DNA of 64,000 nucleotides from Octopus sinensis (GCF_006345805.1 NC_043001.1:39370001-39434000); one strand, 5' to 3'; shown: positions 11,881-24,090, counted from the first letter of the stretch. The notes: generated from the sequence alone by a model not told the origin. Made by a program: numbers and translations.

Positions 11881-12989
11881 TGTGTTATGCGCCCTGAGTG
11901 GTCGTCGTTGTCCTCGTCGTTGTCGCCATAGTCTTCTGCCGCAACGCGGCAAAGCCGCCACCGACTGCACGCGGTGCGCACGGTCGATATTGCGTGTGGA
12001 AAGGTCATCGCTGTCGTCAGTGGGCGGTATTGAGCAAGAGTGTGTGTGCGCTGGGACGAGGTGCGATTAAACGGGGTGAACGCGATCGCGATGATGCTGC
12101 CAGCCTAGTGGGTGTTGCCGGCCGCACTCGAGGGTGTGGTCGATACCGCAACTCGGTGCATCCGGCAAATGCCAAGAAGTCGACAGGGACAAGCCACGAT
12201 TTTGGTGACTGTAGCTCTCCAAGGGAATCCACACTACTATAGCGGGTACGAGCCTGTCGGCGGTCACCGCCTCCTACAAACATCCGCGCTCGTCATCGAC
12301 CGATAGCTTGCGTCCCGGTTCACGTGCACGCGAACAGGCTCCGTCTCCGGTCTGCTTTCCTTCCACAGCCGCCGACCGCAGTTGGCGGAGGCTGCCTTCA
12401 CACGTCTGTGATTGTTATCAGCCGATAGTTCGCCTTCCTCTGCTCTCTTGTGTCCGTCCCGGTCCGCCCTTACTCGACTGTGCTCCGTCTCCGGCGCGCC
12501 TTCCTTCCACGGCCGTCTCCGCCACCTTCCGACCACTCCTCGACGCTCTGCTGACGATGCCCGGCGGCAGGCGTTATATCCTCCTGCATGAACGTCCGCG
12601 TCTGCGTGGACGCGACCACGGCCGATTCTGCTAGCCTGGCGTCAGCTGCTGGCCGAAAGGTGACGCCGTAGTCGATACTGCAACATGGTCGGTCCGGTAA
12701 ACGTCGAGAAACCAGCGGCGGAAATCCACACTCTAGGTGGCCGTCGCACCCCGAGGGAGTCCGGACAATTATAAGGAGTACGAACCGGTCGACTAAGTTT
12801 CTGTTACGCTATGGACCGCGCTTGGCGGAGGCCGCCCAGCGCCCAGCGGATACTGCAGCCTACATGCATCTGACCTCGTCGTCGGTAGATAGCTCGCCTT
12901 CTTCCGCTCACTCGTGCACGTCCCGGGACCGATTGCACGCCTTCTCCAGCGCGCCTTACATCCGCGACCGTCTCCGCCACCTTCCGCAT
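11881..12989 (+). other. rDNA spacer/5' ETS-like GC-rich sequence, copy 2 (may include an unrecognisable 18S 5' end)
   Basis: GC- and CpG-rich; starts with the paralogue of 9866-10060 and leads into recognisable 18S. Confidence 0.6.
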
Positions 12990-15064
12990 TGGTCGCGACA
13001 CAAATATTAGACTGAAACCGATGTGTATGGGCTGTCGCAGCAGCCACCGCGTTCTGCATGCGGGTCGCAGCGTTCGGCGGCTTCACGTCCTTTGATTTTG
13101 GTAACTCTGGATAACTGTATGTACGATCGCACGGGCCAGTATCGAGTAGCTTTCGCGCAACGGGTTCCTCCTATCAAATGTGACGGCTCGGTAAGTGCCG
13201 ACTGTCGTGGAAACAGGTAACGGGGAATCAGGTTTCAATTCCGGAAAGGGAGCATGTGAAACAGCTACCACATCCAAAGAAGGTAGCAGTCGTGCAAAAT
13301 ACATACACCCAGCACAGGGAGTAGTGACGAAAAATAATGTCGCGGCGCTCTGTCGAGGTCCCGGGATCAGAATGTGTGCACTTCAAAGCCGTTAACGAGG
13401 CTCAACTAGAGGCAAGTCTGGTGCCAACAGTTTTAGTAATTCCAGCTCCGGTAGCGTATGTTAAAATTGTTGCCTTTGAAAAAAAGTTCATAGTCGGAAT
13501 TCGGGTCTCGAAAATGTGCCCTAGCACATTCGGGGCGACGGCGCTGTTGCGGGCACACCTTGCGCGCATCCTCTTCGGTCATCCGTTCGCACGCCCGGCC
13601 CTAATCACCAGTGCATGCGCGGTCGGCCCACGGAGTTCTGTGTGCATCACCGACGCGTCGGCAACCTGCTCTGTCTTCGCCTGTCCAGTTTTACACTCCG
13701 GCGGCGTCGCGTGGGCTGGTGCAGGGACCATGAGACAGGCATTGTTGTTCACGTTGCGGTAGCGCGTCCACCTCCCGGTCGTTTCGCCCCCGCACAGTAC
13801 CTCCGAGGGTGCTTTTTGCAGAGTGTCGGAGGCAGCCAATACGTTCACTGTGAAAAACTTAGAGTGCTCAAAGCGAGCCCTGCCAGCTTGCATACGAAAA
13901 GCATGGTATGATGGAAAATGGCCTCGCCCGCGCATCAGCCGACGGTCTCTGTTCACGACGAGGTGATGATCGAAGGGAGCGATTGGGGCCACTTGTATTG
14001 CGACGTTAGAGGTGAAATTCTTGGATCGTTACAAGACGCACTGCAGCGAAAGCGTGTGACAAGCACATTTTCCTCGATCAAGAGCAAAAGTCGGAGGTTC
14101 GAAGACAATCAGATACCGTCGTAGTTCCGACCGAAAACGATGCCGACTGGCGCTCCACCGACATTCCTTTCGGCGACGTGGCGGAGTGCTTGCGCGGAAA
14201 ACCATAGTCGGTTCCGGGGGAAATATAGCTGCAAAACAGAAACTTAAAGGAACTGACGGAAAGACACCATCTGGAGTGGAGCTTGCGGCTTATTTTGACT
14301 CAACAAGGCAAAAATCCCTAGGTCCGGACACCGGTAGGATTGACAGATCGATAGCTCTTAGTTGGTGGAGCGATCTGTCTGGTTGATTCTGATAATGAAC
14401 AAGATTCCGGCCTGCTAACTAGCGCGTCTATTAGTGCTTTTCCAGCAGCGTGGTGGCACCGAAGCCGTCCTCGGTAGCTCCACGCGCGGCCTGCACATGC
14501 TGTTGCTGCTGCTCTCCTTCGCATACGTCGCTGCGGATGCACCCGTCACCTTTCGCGGGTCGGTTGCAGTGTGATTGTGGCGTCAGTTGCGGAGTGGCGG
14601 CGGTGACTCGGTCGGCTCGACCCGCGGGATTCGGCGACGGCACGCCATCAAGTCCGGGCCAGTTGGCTGGTGAACGCAGCTCTTCTTAGAGAGACGGGTG
14701 GTAGAAAGCTGCACGAGGAGGAGAGATAAAAGGTCTGCGATGCCCTTACTTGTCCAGGGCTGTACGCGCTATACTGGAAGTATCAGAGGGCGCGTCTCCC
14801 TCCGGCGCAAGAGGGTCGGGAAACCTCTGAACCACCTTCAGCGATAGGGATCGGGGACTAGGACCAACTCTGTGAACAAGGAATTCCCAGTAGGCGCGGG
14901 TCACCAGCCCACGTGATCATTCCCTGCCCTTTGTAAGCACCGCCCATCGCTACTACTGATCGAACGGTCCAGTGAGGTCCTCGTTCTCTGATGGACCGAA
15001 GAAGATAACCGAACCTGATTGCTTAGACGAAGTAGAAGTCGTAACAAGGTTTCCGTAAGTGAAC
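12990..15064 (+). pseudogene. 18S rRNA pseudogene with long GC-rich expansion segments
   Basis: Collinear 18S motifs: GGGGAATCAGG, GTAGTGACGAAAAATAA, GGCAAGTCTGGTGCC, AAACTTAAAGGAA, TTAGTTGGTGGAGCG, GTCGTAACAAGGTTTCCGTA. Universal sites are damaged: 530 loop reads GTGCCAACAGTTTTAGTAA, a ~35-nt deletion lies at ~14357, and the 3' end stops at GTGAAC. Confidence 0.95.
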
Positions 15065-15649
15065 AGGCAAGTTCAAGACAAGTACAGAACAAGAAAATTT
15101 TTACTTAAAATATTGCAGCTAAGGATAAAATTTGAATATTAAAAGTTATTTGATTTTAATTTACAAAGTAACATTATAATTAAAAAAAGGTACAATCATT
15201 TTGTTAAAATATTGATACACTGGAATATTAAAAAAAATGAGAGCCAGAAGTACCAATGTAGCTAAAGTTTTATGCAAAGTTGAATAGTATATATGGTAGG
15301 CAAATTCATTGTAAAAATTTAGGCATTGGGTCAAGACTAAAACTGTGAAGACTTGGCAATAACTCAAGCAAATTTTACTGTGAATTTGTTGTTATAGGTA
15401 GATTTTATCGTAGTATATAACTAATTTTTGTATTAATTTTATTTATTGTACTAATTATGTACTACTATTATTTTTTTATAACCGTTTTTCAAATTTCTAA
15501 TTATTAATTAATAATTAAAAAATGGATTTTTTTTTTAAATGCAAAAAATATTTTGGGTTATTTTTTACTTTTAATAGAAGTAATAACTTGTCCTGAGCTT
15601 TTCTAGGTTTATAATCTTAAGAATAGTATACATATACTTTTACATTTTT

Positions 15650-16025
15650 AAAATTTACTTTCACATGTTTCGGTCATTTGGGCTGTGGCTATGCAGGAGC
15701 ACTGCCTTTTAGTCAAAGAAGTCAACCCCTGGACTTCTTGTTTGAAGCCTACTACTTATTTTATTGGTCACTTTTGCCGAACCATTAAGTTACAGGGATG
15801 TAAACACACCAAAATAGTTGTTAAGCGATGGTGGAGGGACAAACACAAATGAATATCTATACATATATATGAGAGGCTTCTTTCAGTTTCCATCAATAAA
15901 ATCCACTCAAGAGGCTTTAGTTGACTCAAAGCTATAGTAGAAGACACTTGCTCAAGGTGACATGCAGTGGAACTGAACCTGGAACGATATGGTTGGGAAG
16001 CAAGCTTCTTACCACTCAGCCATGC
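15650..16025 (-). mobile_element. tRNA-headed SINE (octopus-type), head and tail
   Basis: Tail GGAGCACTGCCTTT..AAGAAGTCAACCCC and head GAAGACACTTGCTCAAGG..CTTACCACTCAGCC match the other copies. Confidence 0.8.
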
Positions 16026-16027
16026 TT

Positions 16028-16260
<233 letters not shown>

Positions 16261-16606
16261 AATGTCAGTCTTTTAATATTATATATATATTAGCACCCAA
16301 TTTATATTTTTTAATCTTTTTTAAAATAGGCATGACTCCAAGAACAAACACATTACAACATGATTACTAAAAGAAAATCCATGTACTTCTAATGTCTTTT
16401 TCAGTTGTTAACCAAGCTACTGACGAGTATAAATTTGACAATTCCGATTTTCTATCATTAATATATGAGTCTTTTTGTATGAAGCAAATTGTATACCAAC
16501 ATGAATAATAAAAGACTATAATTCATTTTAAAATATAATCTCCTCCATTACATAAATATGAATAAATTTGCTGAACTGTGTTTAGTAAGTTCAATAATAT
16601 ACTGAG

Positions 16607-16640
<34 letters not shown>

Positions 16641-16671
16641 CATATATATAGTGATGTTGCTGCTGCTACTA

Positions 16672-16702
<31 letters not shown>

Positions 16703-16814
16703 ATATTAGTGGTTGAAAATAAACATATAAAATAAACGTAGGAAAAAGAATGAAAAATATAATAATAATCTAATTACTTGAAAAGGTAGTGGGTAGCGAA
16801 CTTCTTCACTACTT

Positions 16815-19500
16815 CAGGGAGTGACGACCCTGCCTGACACGAGTTCCGGGCTCAGCTGGCTCCGGCTGACAGCACCCGGTATGGGCCCCTATCCAGGGTT
16901 ACGGAAAGGAGACAACCTTCAAAGAAATCCGGAGTGGAGCCCCGAAGGCGGTCTAGTGTTCGACTCGACACTCTTCCGGCAGCTCCTGCAACCAAGCTGG
17001 TGCCAAACGTAATGCTCTGCACTCCTTTGGACTACATCAGCAAGGTCGAGAGAGGAAACCTGACGATTGGGCTACCCAGGACTTTCTTATCTATAGCCCA
17101 GGCCTGCGCAAAACTGGAGAGGACACTTCAGTGCTGCTGTAAAAAGCTGCAGAAACAACACGGGAAGTAACAGTCACGAGTGATAAGTCCATTCAGATTG
17201 GCGTAAAATATGGGCGCTACGGGTTACCTCTGACGGTGAGAGGGACCTCCGTGTCCTATTGGTTAGCTACTGCCCACCTCAAGCTGGGCAGCCCCCAGTT
17301 AATAAGGTGCTGACCCGCCACAGGCCGCCTGCTTCATTGGGTGCTTGGAGCTAAGAGTATGACTTGAAAAGCGGCCTGCAACCTCTGCACCAGGCAAACA
17401 ACTAAAAGTCAAGAAAACACCAGTCCTGCGGTTGGCAAGCTGGAATGTCAGGACCATGTGCCCTGGAATATCTGATGATCTACTCAGGGTTGAAGACACA
17501 AGGAAAACGGCCATCATTGACCGTGAACTAAAGAAGCTCAACATAGGCATTGCTGGGCTACAGGAGACAAGACTTCCCTCAAACAGCAAACTCAAAGAGC
17601 AGGATTTCACCTTCTTTTGGCAGGGAAGCGATCCAGAAGAACCTCGTCAACATGGCGTTGGCTTTGCAGTGAGAAACTCACTACTCTCCTCAATAGAACC
17701 ACCATCAGGAGGGACTGAGCGTATCCTCTCACTGCGCCTCTCGACTTCTTCTGGCTCAGTACATCTACTCAGCATCTATGCCGGCAAAAACACCATCCTG
17801 CTTCAGCACCTTCATGAGCTTCTGTGTCAGTGCTGGGAAGAGGGTACAGTCCCTCAGGATATGCGGGATGCTAACATCATTACGCTTTACAAAAACAAAG
17901 GTGACCGTGGTGATTGTAACAGTTACCGTGGAATATCTCTTCTAAGCACTGTTGGAAAGACCTTTGCCCGCGTTATCCTGGCCAGGCTACAACTACTTGC
18001 TTCTCGAATCTATCCGGAATCGCAGTGTGGCTTTAGAAGAAGCAGATCAACTATCGATATGATATTCTCCATACGCCAACTTCAGGAGAAGTCCAGAGAG
18101 CAGAAAATGCCATTATATATGGCCTTCATTGATCTAACAAAGGCCTTTGACTCGGTAAGCAGAACAGGCCTCTTCACCCTGCTCCAAAAAATCGGATGTC
18201 CACCAAAGCTGCTAAGGATCATCAAGTCTTTCCATGATGACATGCAAGGCACCATACAGCACAACGGTTCAACATCAGCCGCCTTCCAAATAAAAAATGG
18301 GGTAAAGCAAGGTTGTGTCCTCGCTTCTACATTGTTTGGCATCTTCTTCTCGCTCTTACTCTCACATGCCTTTCAGACATCAGATGATGGAGTGTTTCTG
18401 CACAGTAGAAGTGACGGGAAACTGTTCAATCTCTCGCACCTGCGTGCCAAGACCAAAATCAGAAACGTCCTGATCAAGGAGATGCTATTTGCTGATGATG
18501 CCGCTCTGGTATCACACACAGAGGAAGCCCTCCAAAGGCTCATTAACTGTTTTGAGCAAGCATGTAACGACTTTGGCTTAGCTATCAGCCTTAAGAAGAC
18601 CAACATCATGGGTCAGGCTACATCGGACATCCCAAACATACATATTGGAGACCACAGATTACAAGAGGTGGAGAAATTTACCTATCTGGGCTCTACCGTC
18701 ACCTACAACCTATCCCTTGACGCTGAGCTCAATATACGCATTGGCAAGGCAGCTGCTGCGATGACCCAACTCTCCAAACGGGCTTGGGACAACAATAAGC
18801 TGACCAAGACCACGAAAATGAAGATCTACCAGGCATGTGTACTTTGCACTCTACTGTATGGAAGTGAGACTTGGATGCTCACACGCCAAGAGCATCGCCT
18901 AAACATCTTTCACCTGCGCTGCCTCCGAAAAATCCTTGGCATCAAATGGCAGAACCATATCCCCAACAAAGATGTTCTCAGGCAAGCAGGAATACCAAGC
19001 ATGTTTGCACTCCTCACACAAAGACGTATGAGATGGTTTGGGCATGTTAGCCGTATGAAAGATGGAAGAATCCCCGAGGACATACTCTACGGGGAGCTTG
19101 CTAGGGGTACTAGGTCTGTGGGTAGACCGTTCTTACGTTACAAGGATGTTTGCAAAAGGGACATGAAGGCTTGCAACATCAATATTAGCGGTTGGGAGGC
19201 AGTTGCCGGCAACCGTGAAGACTGGCGACGTACTGTAAAAAGAGGGAATACAAAGGAGTGACAGAGAGAGAGAGAGGAGAAATGGAAAAACAAGAAAAGA
19301 CGTCAACAAGAAACTATGGCATTACAACCAGCCAGGAACAGTCTTCGCTACATTTGCAGTACCTGCCAGAGGGAGTGTTTGTCCAGGATAGGACTACACA
19401 GCCACAGCAGGAAATGTATCAGGACATGAAATGTAAAAGCCGGACTAGACTACTTTATGCGCAACTCCATTGTCTCCCGAGACAAAAAGGATGCCAACAA
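16815..19500 (+). mobile_element. Young RTE/BovB-like LINE with ~600-bp 5' UTR, in-frame internal deletion and intact 3' end
   Basis: GC-rich relative to flanks; 3' end CCATTGTCTCCCGAGACAAAAAGGATGCCAACAA is typical of RTE elements; 5' boundary approximate; no TSD found. Confidence 0.9.
17432..19261 (+). CDS. 609-aa RTE ORF: N-terminal half of APE endonuclease fused in frame to a complete RT domain
   Basis: ASWNVRT, GLQETRL and LSIYA are joined at ~17782 directly to GKNTILLQHLHELL..YRGISLLS..QCGFR..FIDLTKAFD..GVKQG..LFADD..YLGS..YGSETW. After TGA at 19259-19261 the same frame continues to the C-terminal zinc finger CSTCQRECLSRIGLHSHSRKC (stop 19427-19429). Confidence 0.85.
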   Translation: MASWNVRTMCPGISDDLLRVEDTRKTAIIDRELKKLNIGIAGLQETRLPSNSKLKEQDFTFFWQGSDPEEPRQHGVGFAVRNSLLSSIEPPSGGTERILSLRLSTSSGSVHLLSIYAGKNTILLQHLHELLCQCWEEGTVPQDMRDANIITLYKNKGDRGDCNSYRGISLLSTVGKTFARVILARLQLLASRIYPESQCGFRRSRSTIDMIFSIRQLQEKSREQKMPLYMAFIDLTKAFDSVSRTGLFTLLQKIGCPPKLLRIIKSFHDDMQGTIQHNGSTSAAFQIKNGVKQGCVLASTLFGIFFSLLLSHAFQTSDDGVFLHSRSDGKLFNLSHLRAKTKIRNVLIKEMLFADDAALVSHTEEALQRLINCFEQACNDFGLAISLKKTNIMGQATSDIPNIHIGDHRLQEVEKFTYLGSTVTYNLSLDAELNIRIGKAAAAMTQLSKRAWDNNKLTKTTKMKIYQACVLCTLLYGSETWMLTRQEHRLNIFHLRCLRKILGIKWQNHIPNKDVLRQAGIPSMFALLTQRRMRWFGHVSRMKDGRIPEDILYGELARGTRSVGRPFLRYKDVCKRDMKACNINISGWEAVAGNREDWRRTVKRGNTKE

Positions 19501-19514
19501 TATATATATATAGG

Positions 19515-20518
19515 TATGTATAATATAAATAATATATAAATATATGCATATATACATACATATATGTACATACCTACATATATGAGTATATATACATGCA
19601 TATATGGGTACAGGACATAAAAAAACGTTGAACACAATGAGAAATGAAAACATTAAAAAAACATAGAAACGAACTTTTTTCGAACAATGAAAAAAAACAG
19701 AGAAGCGTGACATACAATGTAAAGAATATTCTCCTTCTTCAATTGTCTCTGTTTCATCTACTCCACATTTCGAAGGCAATGACAAGACGCGACTTCGTTG
19801 AAACAATCCTTTCCGCAAAGCAAATTAAATAAAATTTGGAATTTTTTGCGGAGGCTGAAAGTGGTGACAAGAACATGATAGTAAGAACAACAGTAGAAAG
19901 AATTTCCCCTCTCTCACTCCTCCTCCTCGACTCTCTCGTCGCTGACACATGACGAAAGATAATCTGTCTTTCTACCCACAACCTTCGAAAAGGAAAAAAA
20001 ACGTGCTTATACTGTTTCCTTCATAAGTTCGTCTTCCTCGCATTCATAATAATTTTTCTAACCCTAACCCCAACCCTATCATCTTGGCCTAACAGCCCTC
20101 ACCGTTTGTTTTTACTGTTTTGTTCTCACTTTCCTGTTCTTTTTATTGTCTTGTTCTTAGTGTCCTGTTCTTGTAACCACTTTCACCCTCCGCAAATAAT
20201 TTCAAATTTTATTTAATTTGCTTTGCGGAAAGGACTGTTTCAACGAAGTCGTGTCTTGTCCTTACCTTCGAACGTGGAGTAGATGAAACAGAGACAACTG
20301 AAGGAGAATATTCTTTATGTTGTATGTCTCATTTCTCTGTTGTTTTTTTCGTTGTTCGAAAAAAGTTCGTTTCTGTTTTTGTTTTTGTTTTCGTTTCTCA
20401 TTGTGTTCAACGTTTTTTATGTCCTGTACCCATATATGCATGTATATATAGATATATATGTAGGTATGTACATATATGTATGTATATATGCCTATATTTA
20501 TATATTATTTATATTATT
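19515..20518. repeat. Inverted repeat, ~350-bp arms (19515-19872 and 20167-20518) with ~295-bp spacer
   Basis: For example GTTTCATCTACTCCACATTTCGAAGG (left) versus CCTTCGAACGTGGAGTAGATGAAAC (right); the ORF track shows the same peptide (FLCPVPIYACIY) on opposite strands. Confidence 0.92.
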
Positions 20519-20556
20519 TTATGATCGAACACCACGCATCATTTTCCAAGTAAGTT

Positions 20557-20559
<3 letters not shown>

Positions 20560-20651
<92 letters not shown>

Positions 20652-20676
20652 CATGTATGTATATATATACATATAC

Positions 20677-20723
<47 letters not shown>

Positions 20724-20733
20724 ATATATATAT

Positions 20734-20808
<75 letters not shown>
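20560..20808. repeat. (TATC)n-(TA)n-(GATA)n microsatellite block
   Basis: Visible directly. Confidence 0.95.
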
Positions 20809-21077
20809 TCATAATTTACATAACACATAGCGTTTATATATATGTATATACTATGTGAATGATATTTCGAAAAAAGTGTTTAATATTTAAGTTTTTATAT
20901 ATAATTGCGTGTGTGTGTGTGTAAGAGAGAGAGAGAGAGGGGGAGAGGGAAAGAGAGAGAGAGAAAATGATAAAGTAAATACAATTTATGATAAAAATTT
21001 GGAGGTTATTTTGATTAAAATATCTGTGTATCCAGAGAAAAGCATTTAAATGCTGCGGCCTGCTTCAGCATCTGTCA

Positions 21078-21555
21078 ATGTCACCCACTCCCACTTCGTC
21101 TGTTGTTTTACTCACCTTTCCTGCAAGCCGAACTGACAGGCTATGGCATTTATCATATGTAAGATATATGCATGCCCACTCATATTTTATTATGTCGCTT
21201 TTTATGTGTGTGTTATGTGGGGGCAAATGCTTGAGTCATGCAGCCCTGGTCAGACATCAGGGAACTCACAGGAATCAACCCACTGTAAATTGTGATTCGG
21301 CTATTGTTCAGAACAGAACATGTGCAATCTGTGGAAATGTGTACCTTCCAGGTGGAGGATTGGAAACACATGTCAAAAGAATTCATACTGTGACACCTGT
21401 TTCTTCTGCCAGCCAGCATTGCTGTGCATTATGCAATAGAATGTGCAAGTCTTTGACTGGGCTCAAGAGTCATACAAGGGCCTCACATTGCACCATCAAT
21501 AATTCATTTCATTATTATTTCTACCAATGGTTTTGCTTGTCTACAAGAAAGAAGC

Positions 21556-21619
<64 letters not shown>

Positions 21620-21686
21620 ATGCATATATTTCATGTGTGTATGCTTATATAAGTTACAATGCTTTTTTTGTGAGTCAGTTAAATAG
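21078..21686 (+). CDS. Open frame with three C2H2 zinc fingers, most likely a LINE C-terminal remnant
   Basis: CVLCGGKCLSHAALVRHQGTH, CAICGNVYLPGGGLETHVKRIH and CALCNRMCKSLTGLKSHTRASH; long non-TGEKP linkers; the last resembles the RTE terminal GLxSH finger; frame runs into (TG)n. Confidence 0.45.
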
Positions 21687-22461
21687 ACATAAAACTTCCA
21701 AGTTTAAACAGAATATGAATTTAAACTTCAATAGTTGGACAGTAGAAATCATAAAGTTACATTTTCTTGTAGTCAAGATTTACATGAATATTAAATAATA
21801 TTTACTTACCGACATCAGTGAGTTTTACACTTACATTTTATGGTGTGAATGAGAATATAAAACTAAACCAAGCTTGTCGAGGAGATAATGTTTTCACTTT
21901 CATTATCTGGCTATCAACGACTTTTAGGACAACCAATTGTTTTGTTATTTACTTCTCTCTCTTACCCTCACTACTACTTTCATTCTAACCAATCAAGTTT
22001 GAAATCCATTTAGACTTTTCTACTTTCACTTTTTTCTTTCCATTCTCAGTAAATTTATTCTCCCCTCTACCTCCCACTTTGTATTCATTTCCATTCTACA
22101 GTATAAAAAAATGAAAAGATTTATCATAGAAAGGACAGAGAGAGAAAGAGAGAGAGTGAGAGGGAGAGAGCGCAGTAATTATTGTTTTATTTCTCTGTCT
22201 CCCTTTTGCCTGTCTTTATTTTTGGCTCTCCGATTTCGTTTTTATTCCTTTTTTACATCTTTCTCTTTCTTAGCAGTCATTTTCATTTTTACTCTGTCCC
22301 CAACTCAGTACTTCAAAGTTGGCCCTCATTCATTAAACAGACAGATGAATCATTGTCCCTCTGATCTTGGTTTACATTGAGACGGTTCTGTACTGTGAAA
22401 GACACCATCACCGCAGCTGCACCACCACCACTCCCACCCCACATCCACCCATCCACACACC

Positions 22462-22479
<18 letters not shown>

Positions 22480-22493
<14 letters not shown>

Positions 22494-22640
22494 TTTACAT
22501 CTGTCTTCCATGCTGTTATTGGTTGAACAGTTTGACAGAATCTGATGAACCAGAGGATTGTGTTGAGTGCCAATGTCTGCTTTTTACGACAGTTTCTACA
22601 GATGGGTGTCCTTCCTAATGCCAGTCACTTTACAGGGTGT
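22480..22640 (-). mobile_element. Short element with RTE-type 3' tail ending in (GAT)n
   Basis: (CAT)n-TTTTACATCTGTCTTCCATGC..TCTACAGATGGGTGTCCTTCCTAATGCC; same family at 26100-26290, 28815-29010, 29935-30075, 30275-30470, 41270-41435, 44745-44945 and 59760-59960. Confidence 0.75.
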
Positions 22641-22699
22641 ACTGGATGTTCTTTTAAGAGTATTGTCACTTATGAGGTCACAAAGTAACTCACAAAACA

Positions 22700-24090
22700 A
22701 TATCTCCTGACTTGATTTGGGGTGCTGTATCAAGGGATCTGGCTTTGTTCCAGGTGTTGAGAGGCTTAAGTATGATAGAGGGACAGGAACAGGTGTCTTG
22801 CTGTGGAGGAGATATATGGCTACCCAAACTGGAAAGGGAGAAAATATGGTGGTGATGAGATGTCAGAGCATAGCTTCAAGATACAAGAAGGTGAATATAA
22901 GAGAATAGGGACAAGGGACCAGAAGATTGGATGGGTAAACTCACAAGAGTATGAAAGGAGAGTGACAAAAGATTAGAAATGGAAATAGAGGTGAATGTAG
23001 TAGATGGTGAACTTGGGTGAAAGCAATTAATGGTGAATTACAGTTTGGGAAGAGGTTAAAGAAAATAGGAATGGATCAGGGGAGATAGGGTGATAAGTGG
23101 TAATACATAAAAGGATGGTTCAGAAGAGAAATAGAGAGACAATGTAAAGCGTGTGGAGTGGAGGAGAAAGGAAAGTACTGTAGAGAGATGAAAGTCAGAT
23201 GTATATAGAGGTCAAAAATGGTGAGTAATGAACAAAGGTGGGGAGGGTCCAATAATGGTTGGTATGCAAAGATGTTCAGGGTAATGAGGCATTCAGTGGA
23301 AAATACAGTGGTATGCCATAGTGAATACAAGATGGTTGACAAGGGAAGTGGTTTCAAAGAGAGGTTTGGTTAAATAGCAACATAAAAACAAAAGTGGGAT
23401 GAAATATAATTGTAATAGTTGAGTAAATAATGCCATAATTAAAATAGTGATGGAGGGGCATGTATTAGGAAGATGGGTTGTTGGGAAGGTTTGATTAGGA
23501 CAGATTGTAAGGTTACAGACATAAGCAATATGCTTTTAGGACCTCATTTTTGGCTGAGATAACCAGATCTTGAGCACAACCGATCAACAATCATCTGTTT
23601 TTTATCATCTGCATGAAGCTCAGTATCCTGATATCTATTTTCACTACTACATCCTATGTCTTTGTGGGTTTCCCTTCATAAATTCCATCCACATGTAGCA
23701 GTTAGCACTTTTTTATGCAGCTGTCCTTATCAATGTGCATCGGATTACCATACCAGTGTGTTCTTCTCTCTTGCACACTGCATCTGATGACTCTTATGTA
23801 CAATTTTTCTCTCAACCCATTTGCAATTTGTTGTATATTGCTTATTGACTTTGCTCATCCAGCAAAGCATGCTAGCTTCATTTTCTTTGTAACTTTTACA
23901 CATCTTCTGAAATTATAGACCATGCTTCACTACCATGTAGCATTGCTATTCATGCACAATATCAGTGAAAGATGGAGGCCTTTTGTTACCAACAGAGCTA
24001 ATAGCTCTCAGGACTTTCTTCAACCACTTCTAATTTTAGCAGCCATACTTTCAGAATATAGTTTTCCTTTACTAATTAGGTCACCTACTT
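22700..24090 (-). mobile_element. Mosaic of degraded LINE fragments (RTE-like at both ends, purine-rich LINE piece between)
   Basis: 23540-24090 is antisense similar to the 3' part of the 2925-5870 family (AGCATGGTCTATAA, TTGGTAACAAAAGGCCTC); the middle piece cannot be assigned. Confidence 0.5.

Noticed and set aside
12990-15064. Functional 18S gene or bacterial/contaminant rRNA
   Set aside because: Motifs are eukaryotic; universally conserved positions are mutated, with an internal deletion and 3' truncation.
16815-17430. HDV-like ribozyme in the RTE 5' UTR
   Set aside because: Some RTEs are known to have one, but I could not assemble P1-P4 from this sequence by eye.
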